Positions 28,948-43,619 of a stretch of 64,000 bases of DNA are shown one piece after another. A model generated the notes under the pieces. That model was not told where the DNA came from. It worked only from the letters and a program-made list of their open reading frames with translations, and searched no databases. The stretch is from NCBI RefSeq assembly GCF_009914755.1, contig NC_060932.1; one strand, written 5' to 3'. Position numbers and translations under genes: made by a program. Every line of letters begins with the position of its first letter. Positions within the stretch are counted from its first letter, which is position 1. The DNA comes from the human T2T-CHM13v2.0 reference genome, Homo sapiens.

Positions 28948-29457
28948 TCAGTAAAAACAGACCCAATAATGACAAAGGTACTAGGATCAGAAAAGGGAAT
29001 GTAAAGGAGCTATTATAAAAGTTATAAATATGTCAAAGGCTGAAGAGAAAACCTTTTTGATGAGGAGGAACACATAAAAAGAACCAAATGGGCCTTCCAG
29101 CAGTAAAACAAAATGATGAGAACAAAAAAATTTCTGAATTGGATTAATGACACATGACAGTATAGAAGAAAGGATCAGTAAGCCTGAGTCTACATTAACA
29201 CAAACAAATGAGAAAATGAAGCAAAGGGAGAAAAAAACTCTGGATGAAAAATAAACAGTGCACTTCACAGAAATATCAAGCAATCTAGCACCTATGTGTG
29301 TTTGAAGGCAGAAAGAAATTCCAGGAGAAAGCATAAAGTTAGTGAAATAATAGCCTATTTTTATAAATTTGGTGAGACTGGAAACATACAAATTTGGTAT
29401 TGAAAGACATCCAAGAAGAATAATTATTTAAAAAAAAAAGAACAAGAATATCATAAT

Positions 29458-29886
29458 TATACAAGTTCATTTTCACACTGCTATAAAGAACTACCTGAGA
29501 CTGGATAATTATAAATAAAAGAGGTTTCTTTGACTCCCAGTTATGCCGGATTAACAGAAAGCATGGCTAGGAGGCCTCAGGAATCTCACAATCGTGATGG
29601 AAGGTGAAGCAGAAGCAAGCAAGTCTTCCACAGTGTCAGACGAAAGAGAGAGGGAGAGAGAGAGAGGAAGAGAGACAGAGCACAAGAGTAAGCACAGAAG
29701 GAAACTGCCATTTATAAAACCATCACATCTCTTGAGAATTCACTCACTATCATGAGAACAGCAAGGCAGAATTCACCTCCCCATGATCCAATCACCTCCC
29801 ACCAGGTCCTGCCCCCCAACACTGGGGATTATGGGATTATAATTCCAGATGAGATTTGAGTAGGGACACAGAGCCAAACCATATCA
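29458..29886 (-). mobile_element. THE1-type solo LTR
   Basis: ttttcacactgctataaagaactacctgagactgg...gccaaaccatatca; TSD ATAAT; empty site near 3247. Confidence 0.9.
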
Positions 29887-30059
29887 ATAATCAAATTGTT
29901 TTGAATCAAAAATAATGAGAAAATCTTAAAAGCATGCTGAGAGAAGACACTGCTTACAGAAGTAGAAAAAATAAAGTGACATATTTAAGTACCAAAAGAA
30001 GAAAAATAAGTCAACATAGGACCCTGACAAGCAAAAATACATTTCTAGATTAATGCTAA

Positions 30060-30401
<342 letters not shown>

Positions 30402-31554
30402 TAATGACAATAACAAAAACTAAGAGAATTCCTCACTAGCAAACTTGTAGTATAAAACAAGACCCAAATACACGCTGTCTATAAAAACCCAATGTCTTTA
30501 TCAAATATAAGGACAAAGATAGGTTGATAGTAAAGGGACAGAAAGAGTTATAGTATGGAAACATTAATCTAATGAAAACAGAATTAGCTGTATCGGCTAA
30601 CTGACTATAAATCAAAGTAGATTTTACAGCAAGGTGTATTATTACTGATAAAGAGCCTATGTTTTCCGGTGATAAAGTTGTTAAATCACCAAGAACACAT
30701 ATCATTATTATTAAATTAGTATGCACCTAATAAGAGAGTCTCAAAAATTTTAAAAAGAAATTGATAGAACTAAGAGAAGAAATTGAAAAATTAAGAATTA
30801 CCATTGAATATTTCAACACTTTTTTCTCTGAAATAGTTTTTTTTAGCAGCAAAGTATAAATAAAGATAGAGAGAACTTGAACAACAGTATCATCCATTAT
30901 GACCTATATAAGCTTTACAGGACACTCCTCCCAATAACAGTAAAATGCATTAAAATATTATCTAAGAGAGCTCATATTGGACTAAGAAACAAAAAAATCA
31001 AAACAATTTAAAATCATGTGAAGCATAATGTCTATCCACAGTGGAATGTATGAAGCTGTGACTAAAGGAAAATAGCTGGAAAATTCCTCACATATTTGGA
31101 CATTACTCAACATATTTCTAATGAGTCAAAGGAGAAATTTAAAAATATTTTCACATGACAGCAAATGGAAGCATAACATACCAAAATTTGTGGCAATACA
31201 ACTAAAGCAGTGCTTGGAGGGAAATTGATAACATTAACTGCTATTATAATGGGAAGTCGAAAGCTCAGAAATAGACAATCTAATATTCCATTGTAAAAAA
31301 CCTGGGGAAAAAAGAACTAATTAAGCTGAAAGTAAATAGGAAAACGAGTGAATAAAAAAGAATGTGGACACAAAAGAGAACATTAAAAATAAATAAATGA
31401 AAGCTACTTGCTTGAGAGAATGCATAAAATTGTGAGAACTCTCGATAGGTTCCTTAAGGGGAAAAAGGAAATTACTAGAAGGCTCAGGTGCACACCCAGG
31501 CTTCAGGCAGGCAGGAAACAGATTAGGTCTGCGTTTCAGGGTCATGTAGTCAAG

Positions 31555-31573
31555 CCGCCACGAGGTGGCAGTA
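31555..31573 (+). promoter_or_regulatory. Candidate CTCF site (copy B)
   Basis: CCGCCACGAGGTGGCAGTA, identical to 5088-5106. Confidence 0.65.
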
Positions 31574-31961
31574 ACTGCGCGCTCATTCCCTCACCTCCTG
31601 CAAGGCCGGGCCAGGCTGTGGACTCACTGCTCAGCTCAGGAGATGGGAGAGGGTGACAGTAGCCGCGTGGACTCTGGCCTTAGGCAGAGCGTTACTGTAG
31701 CTTTGGGGTTGTAGGAGGATGAAGAGGGGAGGTTATCAGGACACCATGGTGATTGTGTGGTGCTGGTTAGGAACATGGGCTTTGAAGAGAGAGGGATTTT
31801 ATTTCAAATTCCATCTCTGCCACTTAGTAGTCAGATGACCTTGAACATGTCCTCTAACCTTTCTAGGCCCCAGGACCTGCCTCTGTAAACTTGGGTAATA
31901 ACCCCCTGGCATGTTTGCTTCTGAGGATTAAATGAGATAACTTGTATAAAAATGGCCACGG

Positions 31962-33600
31962 CAGGGCCGGCTGCAAAATTCCCAAGGCTCAGTGCAAAGT
32001 GGAAATGCAGGGCGCCTTGTTCAAAGAGCAGCAGAAGAAAGTGTCGTGAAAGGCAGGAGGGTATTCAGCTTTCTCAAGCCAGTATGTTTCATCATTTGAA
32101 AAGTGTAATAGGGATAATACTTCTAGAAGAGTAAGAACAGAATCATATAAATCCCCACCAGAAACCAGTGTCACAGTTTTAATAGAATAAATAATAATAC
32201 TTTATTAATTGGATCTAGATGAATGAAACAATTTTTCTGGCCAACTTTTCTGCAATTAATTTATTAGGTCATCAAACTTTATACCTTGAGCAACTTCATT
32301 TTTTCTTCTGAAAAGAATCTGCTGAAGCAACTGTTTCTGGAATATTATCTAAACTCTGACAATATTGGGATAAACTATTTTGACACAAATTTTAGTATAT
32401 CTGTAGCTGGTGGTTCTTGTGGAGCTATTTTTTTCAAAGGATTTAACTGTTTAAGCAAATCAGTTTTATGGAAGTTTGAATTTAATTTTAAGTGTAAATT
32501 TCTCCAATGGAATTTTGATGCATCTTCTGACATGTTCTGTAAGTTGCAGAGGCCCACAGCAGACCAAATGTGGTGTCATGATTTGTAACTTACTCAAAAC
32601 TCCTGTTTTTGAATTCTATTGTTGTATCTTTAACAAGAAGAACTGAATTTTTAAAATTGCTCTACTTGTTAATAATTGATTGATCAGAAATGTTCTTCTC
32701 TTTTCTTTTCTTTTCTTTTGAGGTAGGGTCTCCATCTGTTGACATGATCATGGCTCACTGCAGCCTCAGACTCCTGAACTCGTATGATCCTCCTACCTCA
32801 GCCTCCCAAGTAGCTAAGACTACGGGCATGTGCCACTGTGCTCAGCTAATCTTTTTTTTTTTTTTAATGTTGGGGTCTAACTATACTGCCCAGTATACTG
32901 CCTATGGTGGTCTCCAACAACTGGCTTCAAACAGTCCTCTAACCAGAGCTTCACAATGTGCTGGGATAACAGGTGTGACCCACCATGCCTGCCCCATCAG
33001 AAGTTTTGTGACTATCATTATATATTTAATTTATATTTCTGAGCCTTGGATAACTCCTTGAAGAACTCTAAACTCTCTGAGGAATTCCAAGAACTCCCTG
33101 GCATACTATTTCACAGTGTCCATGGGCACACTTTTGTTTTGTGCTTCTCTCCTCCCAATTTGCTATCTGAGCCCTATGATTCCTGTCCCGGTGCTCAGGT
33201 CAGGGGGTAAATATTCGTGCAGAAGCTCCAAGGATGACTCTGAGAATGCACAGGCACAGAGGTGTCAGTGCTGCGTCCACACAGAGACCCTCCTTTCACC
33301 CCAGGGCTGAGGACACCTGCTGCTGCTGCTGCCACCTCCCATCCTGGTCCGTTGCCATCTTCCTTCCCAGTCGAGATGTGCCTGGGCCGCTCCAAGGCAC
33401 CCGTGCTCAGGGCAGCAAGCTCCAGCATGTGGCCTTCATGTCCCTGGGCCTGAGCCTGCCCACCTTGTCCCCCCTCATAGCCACTCTGCTCATGTGCCTG
33501 CTCCATTGTCTCAGTGGGCTTCACTTACAAAATGAAGTTCAAAGAAAAAAAACTAAGGTCAAGAGGGTGTCGGCAGAGCCTGCTACCAGGCACTGGCCCT
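31962..33600 (-). mobile_element. hAT transposon relic, copy B (contains AluJ 32690-32995)
   Basis: CAGGGCCGG...CTGGCCCT ends; paralog of 5500-7161. Confidence 0.65.
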
Positions 33601-34219
33601 TCTGAGGGCAGGTCCCTTTGTCACTGCCCAGCCCTCAAGCCCATGAAGCTGGTCCTGGCTCCAGAATTGAGAGCCAGTAAAACTGCTTCTGTTATTTATC
33701 ATTGAGGACACAGTGCAGAGAAACTTTGCTTTCTAAAATTATAGATATGAGAGACTTTGCTTTCTGGGAGCCTATCTAAAGGAATGCCCACTCTTGCCTG
33801 GGGAACTGAGCCACTTTGCCACAGAAAACAGCCTGTGGTTTGGGAAAAAACCCATATCTGTTCTGGTGGATAGTCTTCCTTGCTGAAGCAAGATAATAAC
33901 CCTACCTTTAAGACAAAAGTGCTCCTCCCTTGATCTTTATCAAACACACTGTATCACCAGGATGAACACTGCTCTGAAGGAGTCACATCGGGCTGTGCCA
34001 GGAAAAAAGAATAGCTGCAACCATAGGAATCTTCATGGGAACAGTCAGCCCAGCTGTCCTTGAGCAACCAGGCCCATGTTCCCTAAGCCTTGGTGGCTTC
34101 TTCCCCAGGGACACAGGTGCTGCATTTCACAGTGACTTTCCTATTTCAGAGCAATTTCACCTCCTTCTCTAACAAGGCCTCACAAATGTACTGAGAGCTA
34201 GAGAGGACAACAAGTGTAA

Positions 34220-34597
<378 letters not shown>

Positions 34598-35877
34598 TAT
34601 GGGTGAGTTTTTAAATGCAAGTGTATTACTTTTATAATAATCATGTTAAGTACAGCAGTCATTAAGGACGTATCAATCAGGAGTGATGCCACACATGAAA
34701 AAGATGGGAACCACTCTCTTAACTCAAACTCTTATTTACATATAAGAGTTATGTAATAACTCCAGTAAGGCCCCTTGCCACATACCATGGCATTTCCTTA
34801 AGAATGTTTACTCAACAAGGAAAGAGGCGTGACAACCTAATTCGATGTGTGAATCTGGATTGAACATGTACCCAGAAAACTCAACAGCCACGAAGCTATT
34901 CTTGGAACAATTTCAATGTCTATGCACTGACTTCTGTTTTGCAATAATTTACTGACACTTTGCTTCCTGAGCACCTACAGCTGCTGTCCCAGTGTTCAGG
35001 CCAGGGAAATTTTCTTGTTAATGTGCATAAATGGTAGTGTGATTGATGCGGGAATTTTTTTCTTATTTATAAGAGATCCATGCTGAGATAATTAGGGTGA
35101 AGTGTCATGACATTTTCCTGCTACTTTCAAAAGGTGACAGCGACATAGAAAGTATATTTTTTAAATTATTTATTAATTTAGACAGAGCACATATGTGCTT
35201 TTTTTTTTTTTCATTCAGTTTTTCTATTTGGCTTCCTTGGCCAGGAATAGTTTTAGTGTCAGGAAATGAATGAGTCTGCCCCTCAATTCCAGCCTGCTCA
35301 GCACAGAGGAAAACAAAGTTCTGACAAAGGGAGTGACTCCCTGCTGAGTCAGCTGCAGCCCTGGATTCAGATTCCTTTAGCAGTTCTGAGGGCACCCAAC
35401 CCAGCCCTCTCTTTGCCTACCCCATCGGAAACTTCCTTTCATGATAAGAAGGACATTAAAGATCTTGTTCATAGAATCCATTGCAGCTTTCTTTAAAAAC
35501 ACCCCTGGCCTGCCTCAAACTGTGAATTCTTAAAGTGTGACATTTAAGATGTAGACCATGGCTCAAGGCTCATTGTCCCCATGGCTGTCACCGCTACACC
35601 TTGGTGTCATCGCTACACCTGACACTGGGGCCTGCTTGTCTCTCAAACTTCCCTTGGATCCAAAGAGGGAGGAACCAGGATGAATGCCACTTATTTTCCC
35701 TTGAAAAGCCCCACCCCTGAGCATCTGACACCAGGGGCTCTGTCCATTGCCTGTGGCCACCGATTGCTACTCTGGGTTATGGAGGAAGGACAGGGTCCTG
35801 AGAGTCCCCAGAGACCTTGCACAGCTCTGAAAACACAGGGCTTCTGCAGAAGTGGGTCCCATCACCAATAGGGAGAC

Positions 35878-36264
35878 TGTCAGACCTCTGAGCCCAAGCT
35901 AAGCCATCATATCCCCTGTGACCTGCACGTATACATCCAGATGGCCTGAAGTAACTGAAGAATCACAAAAGAAGTGAAAATGGACTGTTCATGCCTTAAC
36001 TGATGACATTACCTTGTGAAATTCCTTGGCCTGGCTCATCCTGGCTCAAAAGCTCCCTCACTGAGCAACTTGTGACCTCCACCCCTGCCAGCCAGAGAAC
36101 AACCCCCTTTGACTGTAATTTTCCATTACCTACTCAAATCCTGTAAAACGGCCCCACCCCTATCTCCCTACGCTGACTCAGCCCACCTGCACCCAGGTGA
36201 TTAAAAAGCTTTATTGCTCACATAAAGCCTGTTTGGTGGTCTCTTCACACGGATGCACGTGAAA
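35878..36264 (+). mobile_element. Solo HERV-H LTR (LTR7 family)
   Basis: tgtcagacctctgagcccaagctaagcc...ggtggtctcttcacacggatgcacgtgaaa; TSD GAGAC/GACAC; empty site at 11784-11795. Confidence 0.93.
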
Positions 36265-37344
36265 GACACCACGTGGAGGCCTTGCACCCCCACTCCGTGC
36301 TTCTCTACCAAATCCCAACGGTATTGAGCTCACTTAGCACTGACGTCTGTGGAAAGCAGGGAAAGCCCTGGCTCCCAAAGCCCTGAAGTCCTGTGGAGCT
36401 GACATTCCCTGAGTGACGGTGTGAACGGAGGGAACTCAAGTGTTAGTGGTAGGCCACCTCCTGGCCTGGGCCTGGGTGGACTCTGAGGGGACACATGTAG
36501 TCACAATCCCACCCTCCCATTCTCCTTCTCAGAGGAAGGAAGTGGGCACCCATCTGCCTCATCTCTGTCCCATGGTGATGACGGAGAATTTCAGGGCACC
36601 TTTCACATGAATTTCACCAGCTCAGATCTGTGAGGACGGGGCCCACCATGCTCCTGGAGCTGCCAGAAGCCGTGAGCCCCTCCCAGGTCCCTGGGTTTGA
36701 GCCAGCCCTGTATCATCCCCAGGAGCTGAATGTCCCAGCAATGGATAGAACTAGATGGAACCGGCTCCCAGTTTGGCCTGAGACTGTCCCTAGACATTCA
36801 GGAAAAACAGGACATCCCACAGAGCGGGCAGGTGATCTCCAGTTCACAGACCCTGAGTCTGTTCCCCTGTAAGAAAGACCTTGCCCCTCACTCCATTCAC
36901 ATCCCAGGTCCCAAATGGTACAAGACAGAAAGAAGCCCTGGTCATATGAGCAGAACGAGGGGATGTTCTGGGGTTTCTTGTGTCCAAATTTGCATAAGAG
37001 CTCCTGGGTATACTTTTCTCTCAGAGGGCCATTTGTCTGATGCCCCCAGTAAGGTGGTCAGTTTCAATCACTGTAATTACTGATGTGGTAGGCAATACCT
37101 GTTCCAAATTCTGCCCAGTGACCAGGGGCCAAGACCTGTTTAGATGGAAGGCTCGGTGTCCTCCCCAGCCTCAGCTCATGGTGAAGCTCCCAGCCATCAC
37201 CCATAAGGGTCCTTATCTTCTCTTCTCATTCCGCTTCATATTCCTGATGCCTCTTCCACATGAGATGAGTCAGGGAAATAAGAGGCTTGGAAAAGTGGAA
37301 AAATGGGGTAGAGGCTCTCTCTTGCCTCTCTCTCACCTCTTTCT

Positions 37345-37433
37345 CTCTCATCCAAGTACTAGTTAGGCCCACTCCTGCTTAGCTTACAAGATCAGAGGAG
37401 ATCAAACATGTTCAAGGTGCTATGGCCGTAGAC
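37345..37433 (-). pseudogene. 5S rRNA pseudogene fragment (about the first 90 nt)
   Basis: Reverse complement GTCTACGGCCATAGCACCTTGAACATGTTTGATCTCCTCTGATCTTGTAAGCTAAGCAGGAGTGGGCCTAACTAGTACTTGGATG matches the 5' part of 5S rRNA. Confidence 0.93.
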
Positions 37434-38392
37434 ACTCTCTCTCTTTTTCTCTGTCTCTCATGTCTATATCTCTCCTTTGTCTCCTTTCTCTGCCTCTTGT
37501 ATTTCTCTCAGTGTCAGGACACTCCCTCTCTCCCTGTCTCCCCTACAGCTTGACTCCTTTTGTCCCTTTCTCTCTTTCTTCTACTATCACTTCTAGACTG
37601 AGTAGATTGCATGCCTTACTTTGTTGAACCAAACTCCATTTCCTTCAATATGAAAGGAGTTTAAGAGCTTCATGGCTGCCTCACTCCCTCTTCTAAGCCA
37701 GAGGGGCCCAGTAGCCTGTAAATCTCATCTCCTCCCTGATCTTCACTCTATGACTGCTAAGACTATGGTTGAAAACTGTCAGGCGACTTTTATTTTTCAA
37801 TAAAAGTGAGAAATTTTGATTTTATCCAAAGAAGTAAGTACAGAATGTCATTTTCTAAATTTTTATATTTAAAGTGTAGATTTGAGTGACCTAGAGAATT
37901 TCAGGTAGTGATAAGGCGCAGCCTGTACTTTGGGAAGTTGTGTTTGGGACACTGGCCCTTCGTCTTTTCAGATGGAAGGCCCTGGAGAACACTTGCCCTC
38001 TGTGGCTGCTCTAGGTTCACAGGACAAAAATGCTTATTGAAAGCCACTTTTAAAATGGAATGCCTAATTTTATTTTCTCCTTGATATTATAAGAATAAAA
38101 TAAAAGGGTGAAGGAAGAAAAGGAGAGTGGAAGGGAGGAAGGGAGAGAGAAAGATAATTTGAGACTAAGACCTGAGATATCTAATCTGATAGAAATTACA
38201 TAGAAAAAGCCTCATTTTATCCATATTGTTTATGGGTTTTGGGTTACAGAGGAGCAGCAGGGCTCCTGGAGGCACAGACACTGGGCGATATTCCACCACT
38301 TAGGAGAGTATGAAGGAAGAGACAAAAGGGAGGAAAGGAGGAAAGGAAGGAGGGAGGACAAATGGAAGAGTGAGATTGAGAACAGAATTTAG

Positions 38393-38832
<440 letters not shown>

Positions 38833-41286
38833 CTAAGTTACTTTCATATTAAATTCACATTAAACAGTTTCTGCCATTTGAGCCACATCTTTTTCTTGCA
38901 TCTCATTTTAAAAACTTAACGGACTTCATGATTTGGAAAGCAGAGGTTACTGGCCTGTGTGTGTAAATGGAGGTAGGGTAGCTTTGAGGTTATTTTTGTG
39001 TGGTGGAGCTGAATTCTCAAGAAATCCTTGTTGAGCTGCTACCTGAGCCCATCTGGAGGCCCCAGTCACTTAGCAGAGATCGGTCTTTCACATTCTGGTT
39101 CCAGGAACTAAACATTCCCAAACCACGTCAGGGCCAGCCTCCTTTTAAGAAACTTAGGTTCACGTCATCATTCACTCATGTCTCATGATCATGATCAAAA
39201 TCCCAGGCTTGGAAAAGAAACTCACCAGAGATTTATTCAAGTCAACACCGACACAGGCTTTGTGCTTTTCTGACATGGGGTTTTGAATTCTAACACCCTA
39301 TCACTCCTATTGTCCTTTGATTTGCTTATTGTTTATTGCTTCTGGGTTTTTTTTCTTTTTTTTCTTTTCCTTTCTTTAGGTTTTTCTAAAGATATAAGAA
39401 ATCCTGCTAGCTGACACAGGAATAAAGGTGTGTGTGTGTTCTGAATGTTTGCTCTACAAGCTTGAAACAGATTGGCACCTATGGCCATGACAGAATAAAA
39501 TGCTGCAAAAAGTAACGAGGAGTCCAAGAAGTTTCTGTGACTAATGTGGATTCAGAAAGGGCTCACTCAGCAGAGACGTGCCACATTTAAACCAAATTAA
39601 GCTACGGTGTTCGAAGACATGGAATCTTTATCCTAGTAATTGTAATTGTGATTGTGTAACGTTGGTTTCGGACTAGCGAATCTCTGACATCTTTGGAATG
39701 TCCTTCCCAGCTCTCCAGACCAGGGGTCAGGGATGGCACAGGAGGAGTTTTTTGGGTTGCTCCTCCAGTAACCCAAAACCAACAGGAGCAACGGGATATT
39801 AGAATTCAAAACCCCATGTCAGAAAGACACAAAGTCTGTGTCAGTATCATCTTGAATAAATCCACGGTGAGTTTCTTTTCCAAACCTGAGCTTTTCCATC
39901 ATCATGAGATGTGAGTGAATAATTATGAGTCATAAGTTTCTGACAAGGAGACTGGCACTGCTGTGATTTGGGGGAGGCTTAGTGACATCTGTTCCCTTTA
40001 GGTCCCTTGACCTTCCCCAATTATTCCCATTGTTTTCCTATAACTGTGCTTTGCTCCTCCTACTTCCTCTCTTTGCGTGCCCTCACCTACCCCACATCTT
40101 CCTGGAAGACTGTGCCTCATTAATGTCCCAACTCAAAGGCCTCTTTCCTCCTGGAATCAGGGTGATCCACTAAGGAGGGAACACCCTATCCTCTTGTTCT
40201 TCACAAGCACTCCCTCCTTCTGGTTTGGCCTGCTTATGCAATTGTGCTTCCTGCTCATGTGGATAATTTTTTACTTCTCCAATAGTCTATGAGCTCTCTA
40301 CAGGTATGGACTTTCTCTTATTCATGTATGTAGTGGTCATTGAGGAAGAGGTGTTACTTCATAAATTATTATACATTTAATGGCAAAGTTGAGTTGCACA
40401 AAGCATTTCCTCACATCTAGACATAATTTTGATTCATGTAAAAGCTCTTAAAAACAGGTCCTTTTTGAAGGTACAGTTAAATGAGGGCAATATAGCACAG
40501 AACACAATGAGAGGAGAGCAAACCTCAAGAAGAAAGACAGTATAGACTCTGAGGGGAAGCATCAAGATGCCTGCCTAGCCCTGCCCTCTCTCATTGGGCA
40601 GTTTAACTCGTTTGATAGTTAAATCGTGAACTCTGCAGGTATACCCTACATGTCTATGAAGCTCTCTGCTTCTTGATATTAACTTTTCTCTTAATGTGCA
40701 TACCATCAACCTCTAGCTAAAGGCATTTTTGTCTAAAATAATCCATTGGATTTCCTAGAGTATCAAGATTGGAAAAAAAAAAATCAGACCTAGAGATTTT
40801 TTGTAGATCCTTTAACCAGGCCAAGAGGTGAGGGAGGCACTGGATGCAGGTGCAGAATTTGGGGATCAAAAAATTCTGCACTCAAGATAAGTGATCTTAT
40901 AATGTATGTGTTTTTTTTTTTTTTTGTAAAAAAAAAAAAATTGATTCAAAAGTAACACATGATCTACAAAATATTCAAGTTTTAAATAAGGACAGAATCT
41001 AATCCTGCTATTGTGCAACTCAAACTTACCCACCTCACCTTGGTCCCAGGCCTGTCCGATAGTCTTATTTATTTAACCATTTAATTTTTATAATATGTGA
41101 CATTTTTAGTTTGAATGAATTTGTTGCTCTCCTGGTGCCTGGAAGTTTAGGTAGAGTTTACATTATATATCCCATGATATTTGCAATGTCCATATACTAA
41201 AAAGTTATTCACAGACATTTTTCTCCTTAAAGACAATTTTTGTGGCCAAAGTATTTATTTGCTACACTGAGTTTTATTTTACTAGG

Positions 41287-42095
41287 TGTAGTAGGCATAA
41301 TAATGGCCTCCCAAAGATGTCCATGTCCCAATTCCTAGAACCTATGATTATGCTTCTTTACATAGCAGATAAGAATTAATGTCAGCAGACAGAATTAAAG
41401 TTGCTAATCAGCTGACTTTCAAATAGGGAGGTTATCTTAGATTAGGTGAACGAGACCAATGTAATCAAAAGGATCATTAAATTTGGAAAGAGACAGAACA
41501 GTCAGTGTCTTCATGATGTGATGTTAGAATGACTTGACAGGCATTGCTGGCTTTGAGATGAAGAAGCCACAGGCCAAGGAAGTTGGGCAGCTTCTAAAGC
41601 TTGAAAATGCAAAACAAAACAAAAAAGCAAACAAAGATTCTCACTTAGAGACTCTAGGAAGGAACACAGTCTTGCTGACACCTTGATTTTGGATATTTTA
41701 TTCCCCCGAACTGTAAGATAATTAATTAGCATTGTTTAAAGTCACTAAGGTTAATGACAATTTACTACTTCAGCAGTAATTAACAAATATAGTTGCTCCT
41801 TGGTATCCGGGGGGGATTGGTTTCAGGTCCTCTGTGGATATAAAATTCCTCAGATGCTGAAGTCCTTGATGTAAAATGGCATGGGTATTGTCATATAACC
41901 TTTGCATTTCCTCCTATGTACTTTACATCATCTCTAGATTACCTGTAAATCCTAAATCGATGTAAATGCTAAGTAAATGGGTGTTAACTTATATTGTTTA
42001 GGGAATAATGACCAAAAAAAGCCTGTATATGTTCAGACCAGACACATTTTTTTTTTCCTGAGTATTTTCAGATCAACACAGAGGGTCGACTATAT
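41287..42095. mobile_element. MLT1 LTR plus MER2, copy B
   Basis: Paralogous to 18523-19340. Confidence 0.75.
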
Positions 42096-42770
42096 CCTAG
42101 TTTCAAATCATGAATTGAGCATAAAATTAGTAACACAAAAGACCTAAGCCTACATTTGTTTAATGGAGAAAAAATGATGAAAAACTCACAACAAGTTACT
42201 GAACTTTCTATGTTTTTTTCCTAGAAATGAGCAAGGCTCATATGATAACTCTTCCTCCCTCAGAAGGCACTCTGAGCTCAGTATTACATGAATAGCCCAT
42301 TTATTTCAGATCTGTAGCTTGGAATTTATTGTGAACAGATTCAGTCTTAGGTGAGGGTGGAAGACATATGTCTCCATTCCATGATTTCATATCTCCAGGA
42401 TATTCCTACACCAAAAGCACTTCCTCCATAGAATTTGCAAAGAGTAAATATGTACTGTCAGAGATTTATTCTTATGGTTCAAGATCTAATTCTTTATTAA
42501 TCAATCACACACCTCCAAAGTGCTATTCTTAAAAAAAAAACAAACAAACAAACAAAAAAACCCAAAAAACAGCAAATTGCTGCCTTGCAAAACATCAGGC
42601 TGCCTTTAATGCCTTCAATCCTCATCTGAGTTCCAGAAGTGAAAGATCATAATCCATAAAAACCTGAGGTCAAAAATGTACGTTCTTAGAATCTGCATTT
42701 GTGTAGAAAGTGTCAGACTCTTAAGAAGGTAGCAATCTTGGCTTGTCACTTGGCTGGTCAGCCACCAGCT

Positions 42771-42828
42771 ATGAATGTCAGTTACCTGCTCTTCACTTTG
42801 CCATTTTTGTCCTTGTTGCCTGCTCCAG
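42771..42828 (+). pseudogene. Beta-defensin signal-peptide exon relic (DEFB103/DEFB4 type) with dead donor
   Basis: Exactly 58 nt, MNVSYLLFTLPFLSLLPAP+G, followed by ATAAG instead of GTAAG; leader cagccaccagctATG versus DEFB4 cagccatcagccATG. Confidence 0.8.
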
Positions 42829-43371
42829 ATAAGAGGGAGCTGAGAAACAAGAGGGTTGACATAAATTGAGGTTAGATTGTAGTTTATTACTAATTCTTTC
42901 TCTAGACCAGATAGACTATTTGAACAGTTTGTGAAAACTAAGCACCTTCCCTTTAACATTGAAGGTACATATAGCTTTAGAGGAGGTTTCAGAGTTTTAC
43001 GTTTTCATGGCCCAACCTAACAGACTGAAATTACCTGTGATGATCCCATCGCTTTTTCTTGGCAAGACTGGGGTGCCTATATTTAAGGGATAAGTGCCAT
43101 TTTAAATGGAAGTAAAATGATTAATTTTATTTCAAGGATAGAAATTCTGGCTATCTCTTTACGAGTATATCCTTTTATAATTAAATGGAAGAGTTTTGGG
43201 GCACCTAGAGAAGCTCATAATATATGCCTGGGGCACTTTATACAGTGAACCCTTGCCATAAGTGCCCCATGTGGTCTCTTCACTGTTCTCCATCACAACT
43301 TTGGCTTTCAGATGACTTTAGCTTCGCTATTCCTTTATTTTGTCCCGGCATGTATTGAAAGAGAAGTTAAA

Positions 43372-43580
43372 AAAAAAAAAAGACAGGGCACTGAAAGAGA
43401 GAGAGAGAGAAAGAATGGTAAGAAAAGACAGAAGGGATGGAAAAAGGAAGAAGGAAAGGGAGGGGGAAAGGAGAGGGAGGAAAGCAGGGAGGGAGGAATA
43501 AAGAAAAGGGAGGGAAGGAAGGAGAGAGGAAAGGAGGGAACAAAGGTGGGAAGGGTAAAGAGGGAAGAAGAGAGAAAGGG
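43372..43580 (+). repeat. GA-rich low-complexity tract
   Basis: Purine-rich (GA/GGAA)n. Confidence 0.85.
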
Positions 43581-43619
43581 TCGTAGATCGCATTTCCTTG
43601 CTTACTCATAGACAGGACT

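Noticed and set aside
43312-43611. Charged or Leu/Ser/Phe-rich ORFs
   Set aside because: Artifacts of GA-rich low-complexity sequence.
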